Source of the DNA: Phoronis australis
Taxonomy: Eukaryota > Animalia > Phoronida
Direction: 5' to 3'
Assembly: GCA_002633005.1 (NCBI GenBank)
Contig: NMRA01000019.1
Span: 1,506,714-1,570,713, forward strand
DNA: 64,000 nucleotides
Shown here: piece after piece, positions 38,680 through 52,435 of the stretch
Layout of the letters: every line of letters starts with the position of its first letter
Numbering within the stretch: position 1 is the first letter of the stretch
Translations under genes and position numbers: made by a program
Notes under the pieces: model-generated
What the model saw: the letters and a program-made list of their open reading frames with translations, nothing else
Told to the model about the DNA's origin: nothing
The model's database searches: none

Positions 38680-41600
38680 ACGGATTTAAGCGAGGATGGG
38701 GCGTTCACACGAGCAGTGGACGTCGCTTCTAATATTCACGTTGAGGAATTAGATATATTTTCTCTGTTCATTTGTGCGCGTTCAAGCTGCAGCGACCTTT
38801 GACTTAAACAACTGTAAAAATTATCACTTTACTGGAGAAAATATTTTAATTCACCGCCATTGTACTGACTGTGAATGTTGCAATTACGTCATAAAGTTTT
38901 TCGTATCTTGAACCATGAAGTTATGTATGTTTGCATATGTCCCGAGAGAAGAAGTTGAACAACCAAGGTCTTTCTTTGCTTCAAATTTATGAAAATGTGG
39001 CTATAGGCTTGCTGTTCAGTATTATTTTATCAATAGGTCATATTGTGCGCTTAAACTTACCAGGAGCCCATATTCCTGAGGCGATATTCAGTAATGTTGG
39101 CCGATGTTGTAACATCGTGAAATCTAATTCTTGAGTTCTTATAGGGGGTGCTTATTCAGCGTGCGTGCGCACAGGTCGTGATGGCTTAGTGAGTAAATGG
39201 TGCACGTCGATTGCTTAAAAGCCCATTGTGAGACTTGGAGCCACGACGCTCCGCCCATCCACGATACAATTTGTGACCTGATGGCTATCCTGAGCATCTC
39301 ATGGAAGGCCTTTTACTAAAATCTGTTAATACTGTTTGAGTAAAACTGGTTGCTGAGTGATTATTAAACATGATTTTATTTATTATATTGACATGTGTTA
39401 AACAGGTTTAAGGTGATATAAGACTGTCATTCTCAAGTCTGTGTTTGTAGTCAAAGAAATACAAAACTGTGAATTTTTAACTCAGTTGAGCATGTATTCC
39501 GTGAACGTATGAAGCCTGAAGAATTTAGCTTTTGTTTTTGTTTCCAATCTGCCATAACTTGGGTCACATGATCATGTCATTTACAATTTAGCTAAAAAGT
39601 AAGGTACGTCGATACCTAGACAACGGTATCTATAGCATTTACCAAATTTTGTTTAGTACAAATGTTCAAGACGAAATCTCAAAAACCTTGTTGCATTTTA
39701 CTAAAGTATCATTTCCTTTTTGTCTGACGAAATTTTTGATTTTTGGGAATACCAAAAGTACTATGTTTGGTAGCTCTGACCTGACATGACGGCTGGGGTT
39801 TACATTACTCGTTTAAAAGGTTTGGTGTTCGGAGGGAAGTAGTTGATCTTGAGCGCCATTCAACAGGTGTGCGCAAGTGACACAGCTTAGTGTACTTCAC
39901 TCACGTTTTTGTGGCCCAGTCAACCCGAAACTCACACCACTGTCGAACGCCCAGTCTGAGTGTTTGTTTTTCAAAGTTTTGCATTTACCTGGCACCCACA
40001 TTTTCCCTCGTTGCCGACGGTGCTGTAGTGGTAAACTTAGAGGTAAGTAGGTGTCCAAATCCTAGCGTATCACCTTGAACGCTGAATTTTAAAAGTTCAT
40101 TGAACTCGCAAAACTTGACTCACAAACACGCAGGCCTACTTTCTGACTCACGAGGGGGTATTTATATAGAGTCTGCAGTGGCGGATCTTGGATGTCGGAG
40201 AAATAGGTTCAACCACACATATTCGCGTGCATCCCAAGCGGTCTCTGAAGGGGCCCCAAGCACAATTACAGTATAAAGGAAAATAGGAGTGTAACGCCAG
40301 AAATGAGGCGCTGGCGGCAATTTTTAGGGTGTGTCATCGGGGCCCTTCGACACACCCCCCCCCCCCCTTATCCATCTATGGTGTGACACCATAACTGTTT
40401 CTTTAGCTTGAAATATTAATAAAAATTCTATTACTCGGCAAGCATATATGTATGCCTGGTGGTCGCTCGCGCCGAAATATTCGGCAACAATGCTGTCGTC
40501 AGCGTAGCCATTGATGCCGTAAGCTATCGCCTGGAGACTATGCCCCACTACATGTATACCGCCACTTTCCGTGCCTAGACGCTACGTTAAATTGTGGGCT
40601 GAGTAGGTGGCTGGCTGCAACTTCGTGCGCTTACACCCCGCTATGCCGTGAGGTGGGTAGGCGTTACGTTAAAAAGCAAAAATGTGATTGGATGCGCCTA
40701 CATGTACGTGCGCCTACGTTCCACTACAGCAATGGTTACGCGCTAACCGGGTATTCCTGATAAAGCCCTTGCATGCGAATTTTCGAGAACAAAACAAGAC
40801 TTTCAGAAAGCGTGGTCCCCCAACTGTAATGGCTGGTATTAACAGAGTGGTGTAAACCAGCAGCAAGTATCAACATTGTCGCGGGGAATGGCCAGAAATT
40901 CCGATCACAGGTTTCTGTAGCTTATTTGAGAATTAAAAAATCGAAAACAGTTTGGCTAATTTCTTGCCTAGCAACACGACCTTTTGAAGGGGATTTATTC
41001 GGATGTTCATGTATCTGCTGCTCTAATGATGCCATTTTGACCCACAAATAGGAATAGAAATGCGCAGCCACCACACAGTTACAAAAAGTTGCACGCCTTG
41101 TGTTTTTCCGATGCAGTTAACCCCTTTTGATGTAATTATGTGTTTGGAATAAATGTTGTGCACACGGTGAGTTGAGAAAGGAGTAAACTGACCGGGTTCA
41201 TAGCCGGGTCTCTAATTTTAGAAGTGCTTAGTAATTTACATCCTTGCGTAAATCTGGTCTAATTACTATTTGGGTCTTTTAATTTTATTTGACTGGGTCC
41301 AAAACATCAAACTGTCGCCACACTAAACAGGCACCAATTGAAAAATCAGCTGACTCAAACTATAGTGTCGGTGAAACTCATACGATCGCTCCACAAATTT
41401 AGCGGGTGCAGATGACAGACGTTTCAATTTCTGGGAATCTGATATCTCATTCAGGACTACAGATGAATGGACACACCTGTAACTCCCTGAACTGTTGCCA
41501 GGTATGTACACTTACAAGTACACTAACTGTGGTCGACCATCTGCCGTGGATTAGCCGGACGAAACATATGTGGGCGAGGTTCATGTTATCAAGTAGACTT

Positions 41601-43029
41601 CTCCTGACTGTTCCTTGCGGTTCGAACCTCGTTTTAGCATTAGAATGTCAACCATGCATATATTTATATAGTCTTTAGAGTACATGTACACCCAGTTACG
41701 GCGAATAGTAAAATATCAACTTCAATTTGCGCACAAACTTGATTCTTTTGAAGGAAACATGAATTGTATCGGAGAGCACGCATTGTTTGAGAAAACTAAG
41801 GAAATTTGCGGACGGAAAAATGCCTAACTAGCCGGAGCCGGTATAAAGCATCGGTAATGATTACATAACCAATTGGTGATTCAAAAGATTACTTATCGGA
41901 TATAATGATGATAAAACAATTACAGCTGAACATAGCCATCCCGCAAGTCAAGTAACCTTCGAAGTTTGTACTTACAAGTAGTTTGTCGTAAACATCCACT
42001 AGATAAAATCTGAGACTTGGAAATCTAGACGTTATATCGTTGTTAAGGTTACATAGGACCGTTCAAATATTCCAGATTTGACTAGTTTTGGAAAATCGTT
42101 TCTCAGAAACAGCTATTTGCATTCATATGAAACGTTGGGATACTTTGATTTATGCCCAGTTCTAACCAAAGCTCTGATAGGAATTGTTTGGCCTTCCTCT
42201 ATGCCTTTTGTACGAGGGGCTTATGCAGTAAGTCGTGAAATGATTGACATTGTAAAACACAAAATCGGCAGGCTATTTGAGAAATCCGTAACAACGTTTT
42301 TGAGATCTCACCGTGAATATTTATTTCTAATAGAGACTGCTCATACTTAACAATCAATGTACCTTTCCGTTTTGCTTAATTTAAATAAATCTACATGGCC
42401 ACGTGACCAATGATAAGAGTTTGGAAACAGTCAAAAAACAAAATCTACATGCTTTTTGCTTTTACAAAATGTATACGTTTAATACGTGAAAGTCAGTAAC
42501 TGAATTGATACGGCTTGCTGATATGACGTGTTACGCAAAAGTTGAGCTGGTCATGACTGTTGGAAAGATGATTCGGTATCACTCACAGTTTACACGAGAA
42601 ATTTCAATCAGCTCCAACAAAACTGGGTGCCGATTTTATCGTTTGCCTAGACATCTGAGCGCAATGCTTTAATATTTCAAATGTCTGGTAAGAGCCTGGT
42701 GCCCTGTGCTCACTGTCTCGGGCTTAAACGATTTTTGATTGAGTACAGGCGTGTCTTGAATGGCCTGAAACGTACTTTATTAATAAAACAGACAGAGATG
42801 TTAACATTTACGACAAAAAATAAAACGCTAAACAACAGTCCTCGTGCCAAAGACAAGTGTTTTTGTCGGTGATCCCACTCCTTGAAGTTAACAGCGAAAC
42901 CCATAATTCTCAGCGTCGCCACAACTATGTGTTCTACCAGAGACTATGATAATGTGCTCTGTCCTACGAACGGCTTCAAGTGAGGACCACGTCAAGCAAG
43001 TCAATTTTCACTGCACCACGAAATGCTCA

Positions 43030-43112
43030 CGCGGGAATCGAATCTTGGGTCCCAATCGCTTTCACCTTGGGTGAGCTCTCGTAAGCTAGTCCGGTCACTG
43101 AGAGCCATCACC
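43030..43112 (-). mobile_element. Degenerate tRNA-derived SINE head
   Basis: Minus strand GGTGATGGCTCTCAGTG (A-box-like) ... GATTCGATTCCCGCGTGAG (B-box-like); no cloverleaf. Confidence 0.45.
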
Positions 43113-46100
43113 GTAAGACGCATTTGGAGCAATAAGCTATGTCATTACTTTTAGTGTTATTGACTACCCACTTTGATCACGACCCTCAGGTTGCGTTTCG
43201 CAAAGCTGGACCTGTTTTGAGTTGGGCTAAGTCAAACCAGATCATAAAAGAACAAGTTTTGCACGAGAAGGGCAGTTGCCTTGCTGATATATGAGTCCAG
43301 GCTAAAGGTTGGTTTCGCGTAGTGCGCTCGTACTAGCGCGATAGAGAACTTTTTGGCAGAGTAAACAGGTCGATTCGATGCTCTATGGGTAACCGGTCAT
43401 AAAATGACTCTTAAAATAGCGAATACGTGGCGAAAATCGCGCTTGCTAATAAACGTGTTTTATCGCTGGATACTTCTACCTGAGTATTGCAAGGATGTTA
43501 AAACAAACACATTTGCATTTATCTCCCGGATTACTCTCAGTCTCACGATACCAGGGATTTTGGTTGAAGCAACTTTAATGACATGCATTTGAAGTGCAAT
43601 CAATAATTCAGAGATTTTTTGTTGTAACGATGGCTAATCAACGGTATGAATGCGGACTTTGGGACTATTATTAGCTGTCATCGCTATTTTTAAAAGTGCT
43701 CCGTTTGAACGCACATAGTTGGCAGAAAGAAAAAATGAAAGTGTATCAACCCTAGTACTTTGGGATGGGCATAAACGAAACATTTGCCAATCTTGTGGAT
43801 ATGTTTTGAAACCGTGAAACGTGCCACTTTTAACAGGCCTGAATCTCCAGTGGTGTTCACTCACGTGACAGGTGCAAAACATCAGTTTACCAGTGTAGAT
43901 GTTTGTCATGAGGAATTTTATTTCAATCCATTATATTTGATTTCAGTGGAATTAAAAATTCAGATTGATATGCGTAGCCACAACTTATAAAAGGGAACAT
44001 CTTGTGCCTGTGCATATCCGGGTCAACACAGTTATTGCGTTTGGTCATCGAGTATTTCATATACAGGTACATGGATAAATTATATTTATTTCAAGTGTCA
44101 TTTGGTATGTGTGACATATTAACCTATGAAACGGATCTCGTACCATTAGCTTTGCTGCACCACACGCTCCTTTATACTGGGCACAACAGGTCCCACTTCA
44201 GGGCAAATTTTACTGTCCTTCAGAGAAGCTACACTGAAATGACTTTTTCACGGTTATCCCTGCCCATTCCCGTATGATGTGCATAATATCCCCGGCCGTA
44301 CATGGAAACACTTACTAGTCCATTACTTATGAAACATGCTTTGAATGACATTGTTTGAATTCGGTGCTATAACGAGGGCTATTATGTATTCCGTAACTTT
44401 CCATGTACATTCACATGTTTTGTGGTCAGTCCCAGAACAGCCGTCGGCAAAATTCTGTTGACGCAACTCTTAAGTTAGCTATGCCCGTGCACACTGACGA
44501 TGTTCGATATTCGTTGGATTTATTATCGATTGTGAACACGGTTGTCCTGGAAGATTTTGTCCCTAAAGCATGAAATATTCAAATTCGTTCAAACACTTTA
44601 CGTTTGCTACCACCTCATTTCAAACTTCGGATGATATGTAAACAAATAAAACTGCATGAAATAAATTATCTGTCAGTTACCAGTCTTTTACCCAAAAGGT
44701 TCTGAAGACTTTAAAGAAACTTCTATGAGATGGTCAGGAGGGAAAAAAGAGCGATCGGGGGAATTTTTGGAAATAGTTTATACTTCGTGGTCATACAACG
44801 GTGTTTTTTAGTGCAGAACAATCTCCAAACCTAATTTGGGATCAGTGACACCAAAAGGTTACCAAATCGTGTCATAATTAATTTCATAAAAATCCAATTA
44901 AGGACAAGAAAGCGATGGAAATGTACCTCAACCTGAAATGGCGTTGAAAATATGTTTTCCTAACCACATATTTCTATTATATCAATCACATTTAGGTTTC
45001 GCTAAACAATCAAAAGTCTAGAGCCTTACAATTTTAACTGCCCCCGGCGGACGTCGCAATTTCTCTTCCTGGCCACCACNATCAAGCTCCACCCCCCCTT
45101 TTCACAACAAATTAAGTAACATGCGTGCACCCAGCGTAAAATATAGAGCGGCTCAAATGTCTTGTTATGGGGACCTTTTACTGAAGAAAATCAACGAGGG
45201 CTGGAAAAAGGGGCCACTAGGTTCAGGCCTACGAATTGAGCATCTGCGCGGCTTTCCTGTGTCCTTTGTGGACGTTGGTGTTGTTTACTCGGACTTTTTT
45301 CACTGAGGGGAATATTTTTGCCCATTCGAGCCCCCGGAGCCCATGAGTAATCCTCTCCTATGTCGCACAATTCCGAGCTGCCGCCCACCACTTGGCTGCG
45401 GCGCCATGTATATCCCTATATCGGTATTGAAGTAACCCGGCACTGCCCCTTCAAACTGTACTAAAGAGATGTGACGCAGATCATGACTTTGTTGAATTCA
45501 CTGCTGCAGTTACTGTGGGTGTTCCTTCGGGATATTTTGTCTTACCATAGCCATAAAACGATGATATTATTTAGAATATAAACGCATCCAGGCGAGGCCA
45601 GGGAGGATCGTTTCCAAATGCGGAAGCCAATGAAATAGGGGCTTCAATCCGAAGTAAGACTGATTATGATTTATTAGACTGTAAATAGATGTATAGCCAA
45701 AATGCCGACTCGTGTATGACAATGAAACATACCATAAAAAGTTGTCAGGGTGAAAGTAGGGTTCCCGTGTCACATTGCAGGTTTGCTTGTCCATTATCTG
45801 TCGATGAATGCCCATTCATCGTGTTGATGCTATCCTACATTTAATTTTAAATTTGTCAATTGACGATTTTCATCCTTCAGCCCAGCTCTGTCCAAAATAT
45901 TTGCCCTTTAGGGATGGCACAACAATATTTTATTCACTTCGATTTTCTATTCAAAAATCTCTCGCTATAGAAATCTCGGTCTGTAACATATGGATCGAGA
46001 CCGTAGCCGAGTATTGACACGTCAATGTTGATTTAAAGACAGTTGAAAATTCAAACACTGTTTAAATAACCAATTTGCTTGTACAGTTTGCTGTTGCGTT

Positions 46101-46440
46101 GAGCGCATTGTCTCCCCTGTGATATATACGTAAACATATCGTTTCATTCGTATTAAAAATGAACATGAAAGATTAATTACACCAAAACTGGACTCAAAAT
46201 TCCTTTGTTTTAATAGCAGTAAGTCGTGATCGTCAAAAATCTTCTGCAACTTCAGGCCGAAGCCCTGGGGCTCGAAATCAGCAATGCTTAGCAATTTTTG
46301 CGGGCCTGTCTTATTATGGTAACATTATTGGCGAGGGAAATCCTTTTCTCAGGTCCGCCCAACGCTGAAAGGCTCGATTTGCAGCCAAACGCTCTGTTAG
46401 TTGAGCTTAGTCACTCCCGGTATGCTTAAAAATGCTTTAA

Positions 46441-46844
46441 AGGTACTGTTCCCTTTGCATTCGCCGATTTAGAACACGTCAGTCAAAAGATCTCATAAAA
46501 AATGTAAGCAGACCGTAACTTTTCGGCGTGTTTGTGATTGCTAAATATTATTGTTATTAATTTTTAAATAGTCATATAAAACTTCAATTCACATGGCAGC
46601 AGTGCAGTGTACACAGATACGCAAAAGTAACCTGTTAATCACTACGGCGGCAATTTTAGATGGTGACGCACTACCAAAATAAACATTAAACTAAGACATT
46701 TATGTTATATTCATAGTCCTCTAAGTTTGGAAATATTTGGTGCTGTGTTGAATGAGTATGATTTATGCTTAATTTCTACAGAGCTAAGTTGTGCTATTAC
46801 CCGTTTTATGAGTTTTTAATTAAAATAAAGCGGAAACAGTATCT
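46441..46844. mobile_element. Kolobok-like MITE with TTAA target duplication
   Basis: TTAA|AGGTACTGTTCC ... GGAAACAGTATCT|TTAA. AG-starting TIRs with a TTAA TSD fit Kolobok better than piggyBac (CC/CA ends). Confidence 0.65.
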
Positions 46845-48978
46845 TTAAGATTATTTATTATTTTGATAAAGTCACTGGCCTTGATTTAATCGAATGCCTG
46901 GCAGACAATATTAAAATAACATCACACGTATTTCATTTAAATGATAGTTCTGACCGAAGCTACTGACTTCAAAAGTCTGTACCACTCAACAATAGTCTCG
47001 AAATCTGAGTTTTTGGTGGGTTCTATAAACTATTATGTCGCTTTATTCTGCGGTTAACTTTGTTTGACTTCCTACATCGGTTTCTTCTATTTCTTCCACT
47101 CTAAATCGACGAAGACAAGCTTGCTTTAATGAATATGTGTTTACAACGGGTAGTATTTCTAGCCGGAAGATAGAGCTGCGCAGATTCAATTCTATTGCTA
47201 AACAATTTAAAGGTGCTATGATCCCAGACGTCTTTCAGAAAGGACTTTTTTTTTGACCACTCACCTTTATCAAACGGACCTCAGCAGTTGCGTGTTCGGC
47301 GTATAAAATTATTCAAACCAGAACCTGGTCTCAAGCATTTATATTTTCCACTCACGCCAATGGCCAGCAGTTGATACAACGCTAAGTAGTCTAAATCAAA
47401 AGTTTTTTTTCCTTAACAGAAGGCGGTTTCAAGGCAGCTTTAATAATGTTCGCATTACTTTGGTATTAAAGTTATTCACAAATTTCAAGGTGCAGCACGA
47501 GCGCAACTTGGAGTTTGTTTGCCACAGCTTATTTAAATTATTGACCCTAATGTATACCAATCACTGTTTGTTTTCGACACGCGTTAAGAATCTGCCACCA
47601 AGACTGCTATAAAAGAGTAATTACATGTTGGTTGGTACTTTCTAGCACCGTTCATCAGCACATGGCTGAACACAAAACGACTGATGTGTAATACCTGGTG
47701 GCATTTGCGTCATGCACTGAAAAAGTCCTGCAAATTATTGCCTTGTATCGTTGTCGAGGGCATTATTTGAACTTAGATAACAAGACCAATACGTTAATAC
47801 CTAAGGCAATCACATGAAACAAAGGCCATAATCTCCACAACTCTTCTGGCGTATTGTCTACAGATTGACATGGAGTGTTCATTTAACTACACGTAACAAG
47901 GTTTGTCAAACCTGAAAATGACGCATTCATGTCAACAATTCATCAAGTGATAACATGTTTTTCCGTTTCCGTTTAAACATAATCTCATCTCTTCATAAAA
48001 CGAAATTGAATTTAGATTTATTTGTTGTCACTTGGTTTCCAAATGATGCTATGCGTGTTTAATACACTGCATCATTCTTGTCTTATATCCTAATTTGAAG
48101 ATAACCATTTCTGACTCGCCATGTAGCTTTTGATACAATTGAAATCAGCGTTTTCTAAAATTAATTCCCCCGGGGAAAATGACGTAATCTTAACATTCTT
48201 GCAGACCACTACCAACCCAATGGCAGCAGTGGGATGAAAGCTGTCTGTTTCGTAAACGAAGCTTCTAAAATGGGATTCTGTTGTTGTTGGCTTTGACATT
48301 TGAACAACGAGTTAAGCACATGTGATGGCGTACAAGTGTGTTCGTTTTACGAAGCGATCCGTTGACTAGGCCTTGATCATCAGCTGATTGTGTCGCGTTT
48401 CAAGTTAGTATTTGAGGACGACCGAATGCTTCTTGGGAACACATGTTTTTTTTAACTGAAACAGCTGCCTGGCAGACGACAAATGTAGGTCGATGCATGT
48501 CAGTGACTTCCGTGACCCTGTGCGTTGCCGCAAAAATGTTTCACGCAAGTAAAAGAACTCAATAGAAAAAGCAACTTATCTGGCATCGCTTTACAATGAT
48601 TTGGGTCTCCGCTAATAAAGTAAAAGAGCTGCGTTTTATTTATGCTGTCTGGGCCCAGGTCATTGTCAATCTGCAATTCCTATATTAGCATACGTTGCAT
48701 GTAGTTTTGACCTTTGAATTCCTTCTTTTTCACAACGGAACGTTGCGACTGTGCTTGTAAGATCGGCTAAGACTTTATTTTATTATATTTCAGTGTCATG
48801 AATCAAATGAAGCTTTAAGCAAAAGTTTACTAACAAGTAGGCTTCAGGAGACATGTACTTGGCGACTGGGACAACCGTTGTCTGGCCTAGCTGCTTTAAC
48901 CGCCTACATGCACGTTGTATGTATTTTAAGCTTTAATCTTATTTTAATTCGTTTAAGTATAGATGTGATAACAGCCAT

Positions 48979-48995
48979 GCACACACACACGCCCA

Positions 48996-49041
<46 letters not shown>

Positions 49042-49118
49042 AACACATGACCCGGAAAACGTCAGAATGAGATAAAACAACGCCGGCTGTTGCATTTTAA
49101 TGCAATAGCCGGCGTTGT
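48979..49118. repeat. (CA)n tract followed by a 20-bp-stem hairpin (end of a Helentron/HINE-like element)
   Basis: acaacgccggctgttgcatt (49077-49096) tt aatgcaatagccggcgttgt (49099-49118); one G-T mismatch. Confidence 0.6.
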
Positions 49119-49680
49119 ATTATTGTTTAATTAAAATTATAAGTTGAGCCGTTACCGGCGATGAAAACACACCCTGTTAGAAAAGCACCGAATGCTAAAA
49201 GCGTATTGGGCTTCTAGTGTATTTTAAACAGACGTTCATTTTACTACATTTTACATGTATATAATTGTAGTTTTTAGCCCACTATTGGCATTGTCATGCA
49301 AGAAAAAAAGATGTTTGATATGATGATATATTTAAATGTGAGGTGCGTTTTTTTGGAAAATTACAAAAACGTATGTTATCTTTGGTATATCTTAATTGAA
49401 TATGTGTAATAACTTTTGTCTTTTGTTTCAGTCGTAGTATTTGTATTATTCTCATAGAAAACACGGTTTATGCATGAAAAAATGCATTTTTTGTGGTTTG
49501 TTTTATTGATTACCTTTCATTTCTGATATTGATATGGTATAATAAAATGCTTACCGAGAGTCATGTACTGCATGCTGTCAACACATAATTTTCTGTGTTT
49601 ATACAGCGTGAAAATCGTTCGTCACCACTCACTGATTGCGTGGCAGTGTCTCAGTCTTTGGGAGCAGGCGAAACTCTGAA

Positions 49681-49800
49681 GTCGGTTCGACGTTGGTAAA
49701 CAGTCACCTCTAAGTTGGTGCGACGTCGGCAAACAGTCGCTTGCATGTTGGCGCAACGTCGATAAGCAGTTGGACTTGAATTAACGCAACGTCGGAGCGG
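49681..49800. repeat. Degenerate ~33-bp tandem repeat (3-4 copies)
   Basis: gttgg(t/c)gc(g/a)acgtcg.caaacagt-type units at 49681, 49714, 49747 and ~49781. Confidence 0.6.
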
Positions 49801-51442
49801 GACGTTTTTCGCCGAGGTCGTGCCGCTGTCGGTTATTAGTAGGCTGTGCCCTGTGTCGGAACAACCTCGGTTCATCGTCCGCCTGAGTGCTTGACGACGA
49901 TCGCCAGACGGACAAAATCACGTTTGCCCGACATCAGTAGCCTTAGTCAACCACTGAGACATAAGATGAGTCGTCCGTCCAACCGGGGACACACATCTTA
50001 AAAATGTTTCTGGAGTTTAACTCAAAGTAGATTTCCACTGAAACAGAAGACAAACTGTTCACCAGGAATGTTTACAGTTTGTTCTCAAAGTTTTCGAATT
50101 TTTGTTGATGTCTAAGCATTTTTACTTTAGTATCAAATTTCAGAAAAAAACGATCTGTCAACTGCTCGGCACGCCATCGTTTTGTCTCCCACACATCAAA
50201 GCACGCCTCCTTATTTGATATGGCAAGACTGACGTAACACCTTTCCGCCATGTGGAAAATGTGACCTTAGACTTTTGAAGTACACAAAACAATTGCAATT
50301 TCAAGCTGAACCCAGTCCAACTTCTTTAAACGCGTGCGCGCATATGCATTATTAGGTGCGGAGAATTTGAAAATCTTATTAGGAGAAGGGACTTTTATTT
50401 CTTCTGTATTTCAAAAATAGTGAATTCGACATTTTTTTCTGGAAATTCTTGCAATATTGAAAGTGAATAACCCCTACGTTAGCATTCCCAAAAAAGTAGT
50501 TTCGCCAACATCTGTTTAAAATGTGTTTTTAAGAGTCTTCGCGTCCCATGCCTCTTTAAGCAGTAACAGCCGTTGGATAACTCGCCCAACATTTATACTG
50601 TAGACACGCTTGCCGGATTAGCAAAAGGAGTTTGCAACTGAACTAGTGCCCAATGGTGGCTGACGATAGCTGTGGTTGTGCTTTACGTTTCTTCCGCATT
50701 CTTTTCCGACCAGCTTTTACTCGAAATCTTAGGCTTTTACCCGAGTCTGCAATTGGAATCTTGGGGTCATTAAGTGCGAACTTGGACTAGCTACTCCCAA
50801 ACACATACTCTTATCTTGAGCTTCCAAAACGGAAGAACTAAAAATATCCAAATAATTTCGATTTCGATGTATTTTACACCATTTGTTGCCGACAGATCTT
50901 GCCTGAAGGTCCGGCCAGATCTATGGTTTGCTTAGCTAATCTGGAAATAATTGACTCCTGGTTGCTGCAGACAACTCCCTGAAACCACTTTGTAGTGGTG
51001 AACCTCTGGACAAGCATCTGACGTTGAAGCATCTTCATGGGTTGCGCACCACAGGGGGCTGGGGGCTATAGCCTCTCCACTTCCTTCAGTGATGCGCCGC
51101 CCATGGTCTACCGGTGCTGTTCCACCAGGAGGCTGGAGGACTTCCACTTTTTCAGTGCTGCGCCGCTCATGACTTGGGTAGTGGATGTCGGAATGTGCAC
51201 GAGTCAGTATCACTTTTGTGTGTCAACACCGAAGAAGATCATAACAATGAAAAACCTTGGATTCAAAGCCAGCGGACATTTATATCTAGGCAAGGGATAA
51301 CTGACAAAATTACCTAACAGATGATAGAGATAGAGTGTGTCGTGTAGCATTAATTTGGCCACGATACATGTAGCTTTCCTTCAAAGCTGACGAACTAGAT
51401 TTCACAGTGGCCCTGAAAGCGAACATTTTCTCACTTGCGCGA

Positions 51443-51568
51443 TGTTACGTGGCATGAACGGTGTATTAACGTAAGATGTACATGAATCAGAGAGTGCAGA
51501 GGCGTTTTATTTGCGTTTAATACCTGAACTATGATTACTAACGCTATCTATCGGTAGCTCACGTAACA
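51443..51568 (-). repeat. 126-bp 3' LTR preceded by a polypurine tract
   Basis: TGTTACGTG...CACGTAACA 9-bp terminal inverted repeat, internal AATAAA on the minus strand, and AGGAAAGGAGA PPT at 51569-51579. Confidence 0.8.
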
Positions 51569-52172
51569 TCTCCTTTCCTATCGAAATCAATTAAACTAAC
51601 ACAATGAAATGTTAAAGACTAGACGTACAATAATACAACTTGAATGGAGAGTCACTAGAACTGAGATCCTAGAGCAACATTCAAAATCTGGGTGGATTTC
51701 TCACAATCTTCACACTTTTGTGTGGAGCAGGTGTTGGCGATTTGGTAGAAACGTTGGTTTCCAGTCTGTCAGGGGGTCATCGTGTTACCGCCGCAACAGC
51801 GGCAGGAGGCTTAATGTTGTATGACTCTCCAGAACAACCTGTTTTTCTCAGCAGGTGTCTCTTACGTCTGTAAATTCTGCCGTTGGAACATTGAACTTTT
51901 TATTTTCCGTTCCCCACCACAGTGTATGTTGATTCAGCAGCAAATTATGAGCGTTCCTCTTGTCTCTCCAAAGGATGCATGCGTACTGCATCTATCGCCA
52001 GGTTTAAGCTGTGGAAGATCCCTGTTACGCTTGTCTAGATGGGCAGCCACACTCCACCTCTTATTGGACATGACTTATCTTTCATCTTATTGCAGCTTCC
52101 TCGAAGAACGTATAATACTTTGCTGTGGTAGGTAGATTGCTCTTCGCCTCCCTGCCAAAAATGGCCGAGGAT

Positions 52173-52435
52173 ATCAGATGCTCCGTCGATGTGATTCGAA
52201 CGCTCAGGACATGAGATGCTCCGTCGGTGTGTTTCGAGCGCTCAGAACATGAGATGATCCGTCGGTGTGTTTCGAACAACCAGGACATGAGATGCTCCGT
52301 CGGTGTGTTTCGAGCGCCCAGGACATGAGATGCTCCGTCGGTGTGTGTCGAACGCCCAGGACATGAGATGCTCCGTCGGTGTGTTTTGAACGCTCAGGGT
52401 ATTAGATGCTCCGTCGGTGTATTTCGAACGCTCAG
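52173..52435. repeat. 38-bp minisatellite x7 inside the Gypsy integrase remnant
   Basis: atgagatgctccgtcggtgtgtttcgaacgctcaggac units at 52173, 52211, 52249, 52287, 52325, 52363 and 52401. Confidence 0.95.

Noticed and set aside
49985-50559. Second Kolobok-like MITE ending ...catgcctctTTAA
   Set aside because: Only the right terminus is convincing; the left TIR and TTAA could not be found.
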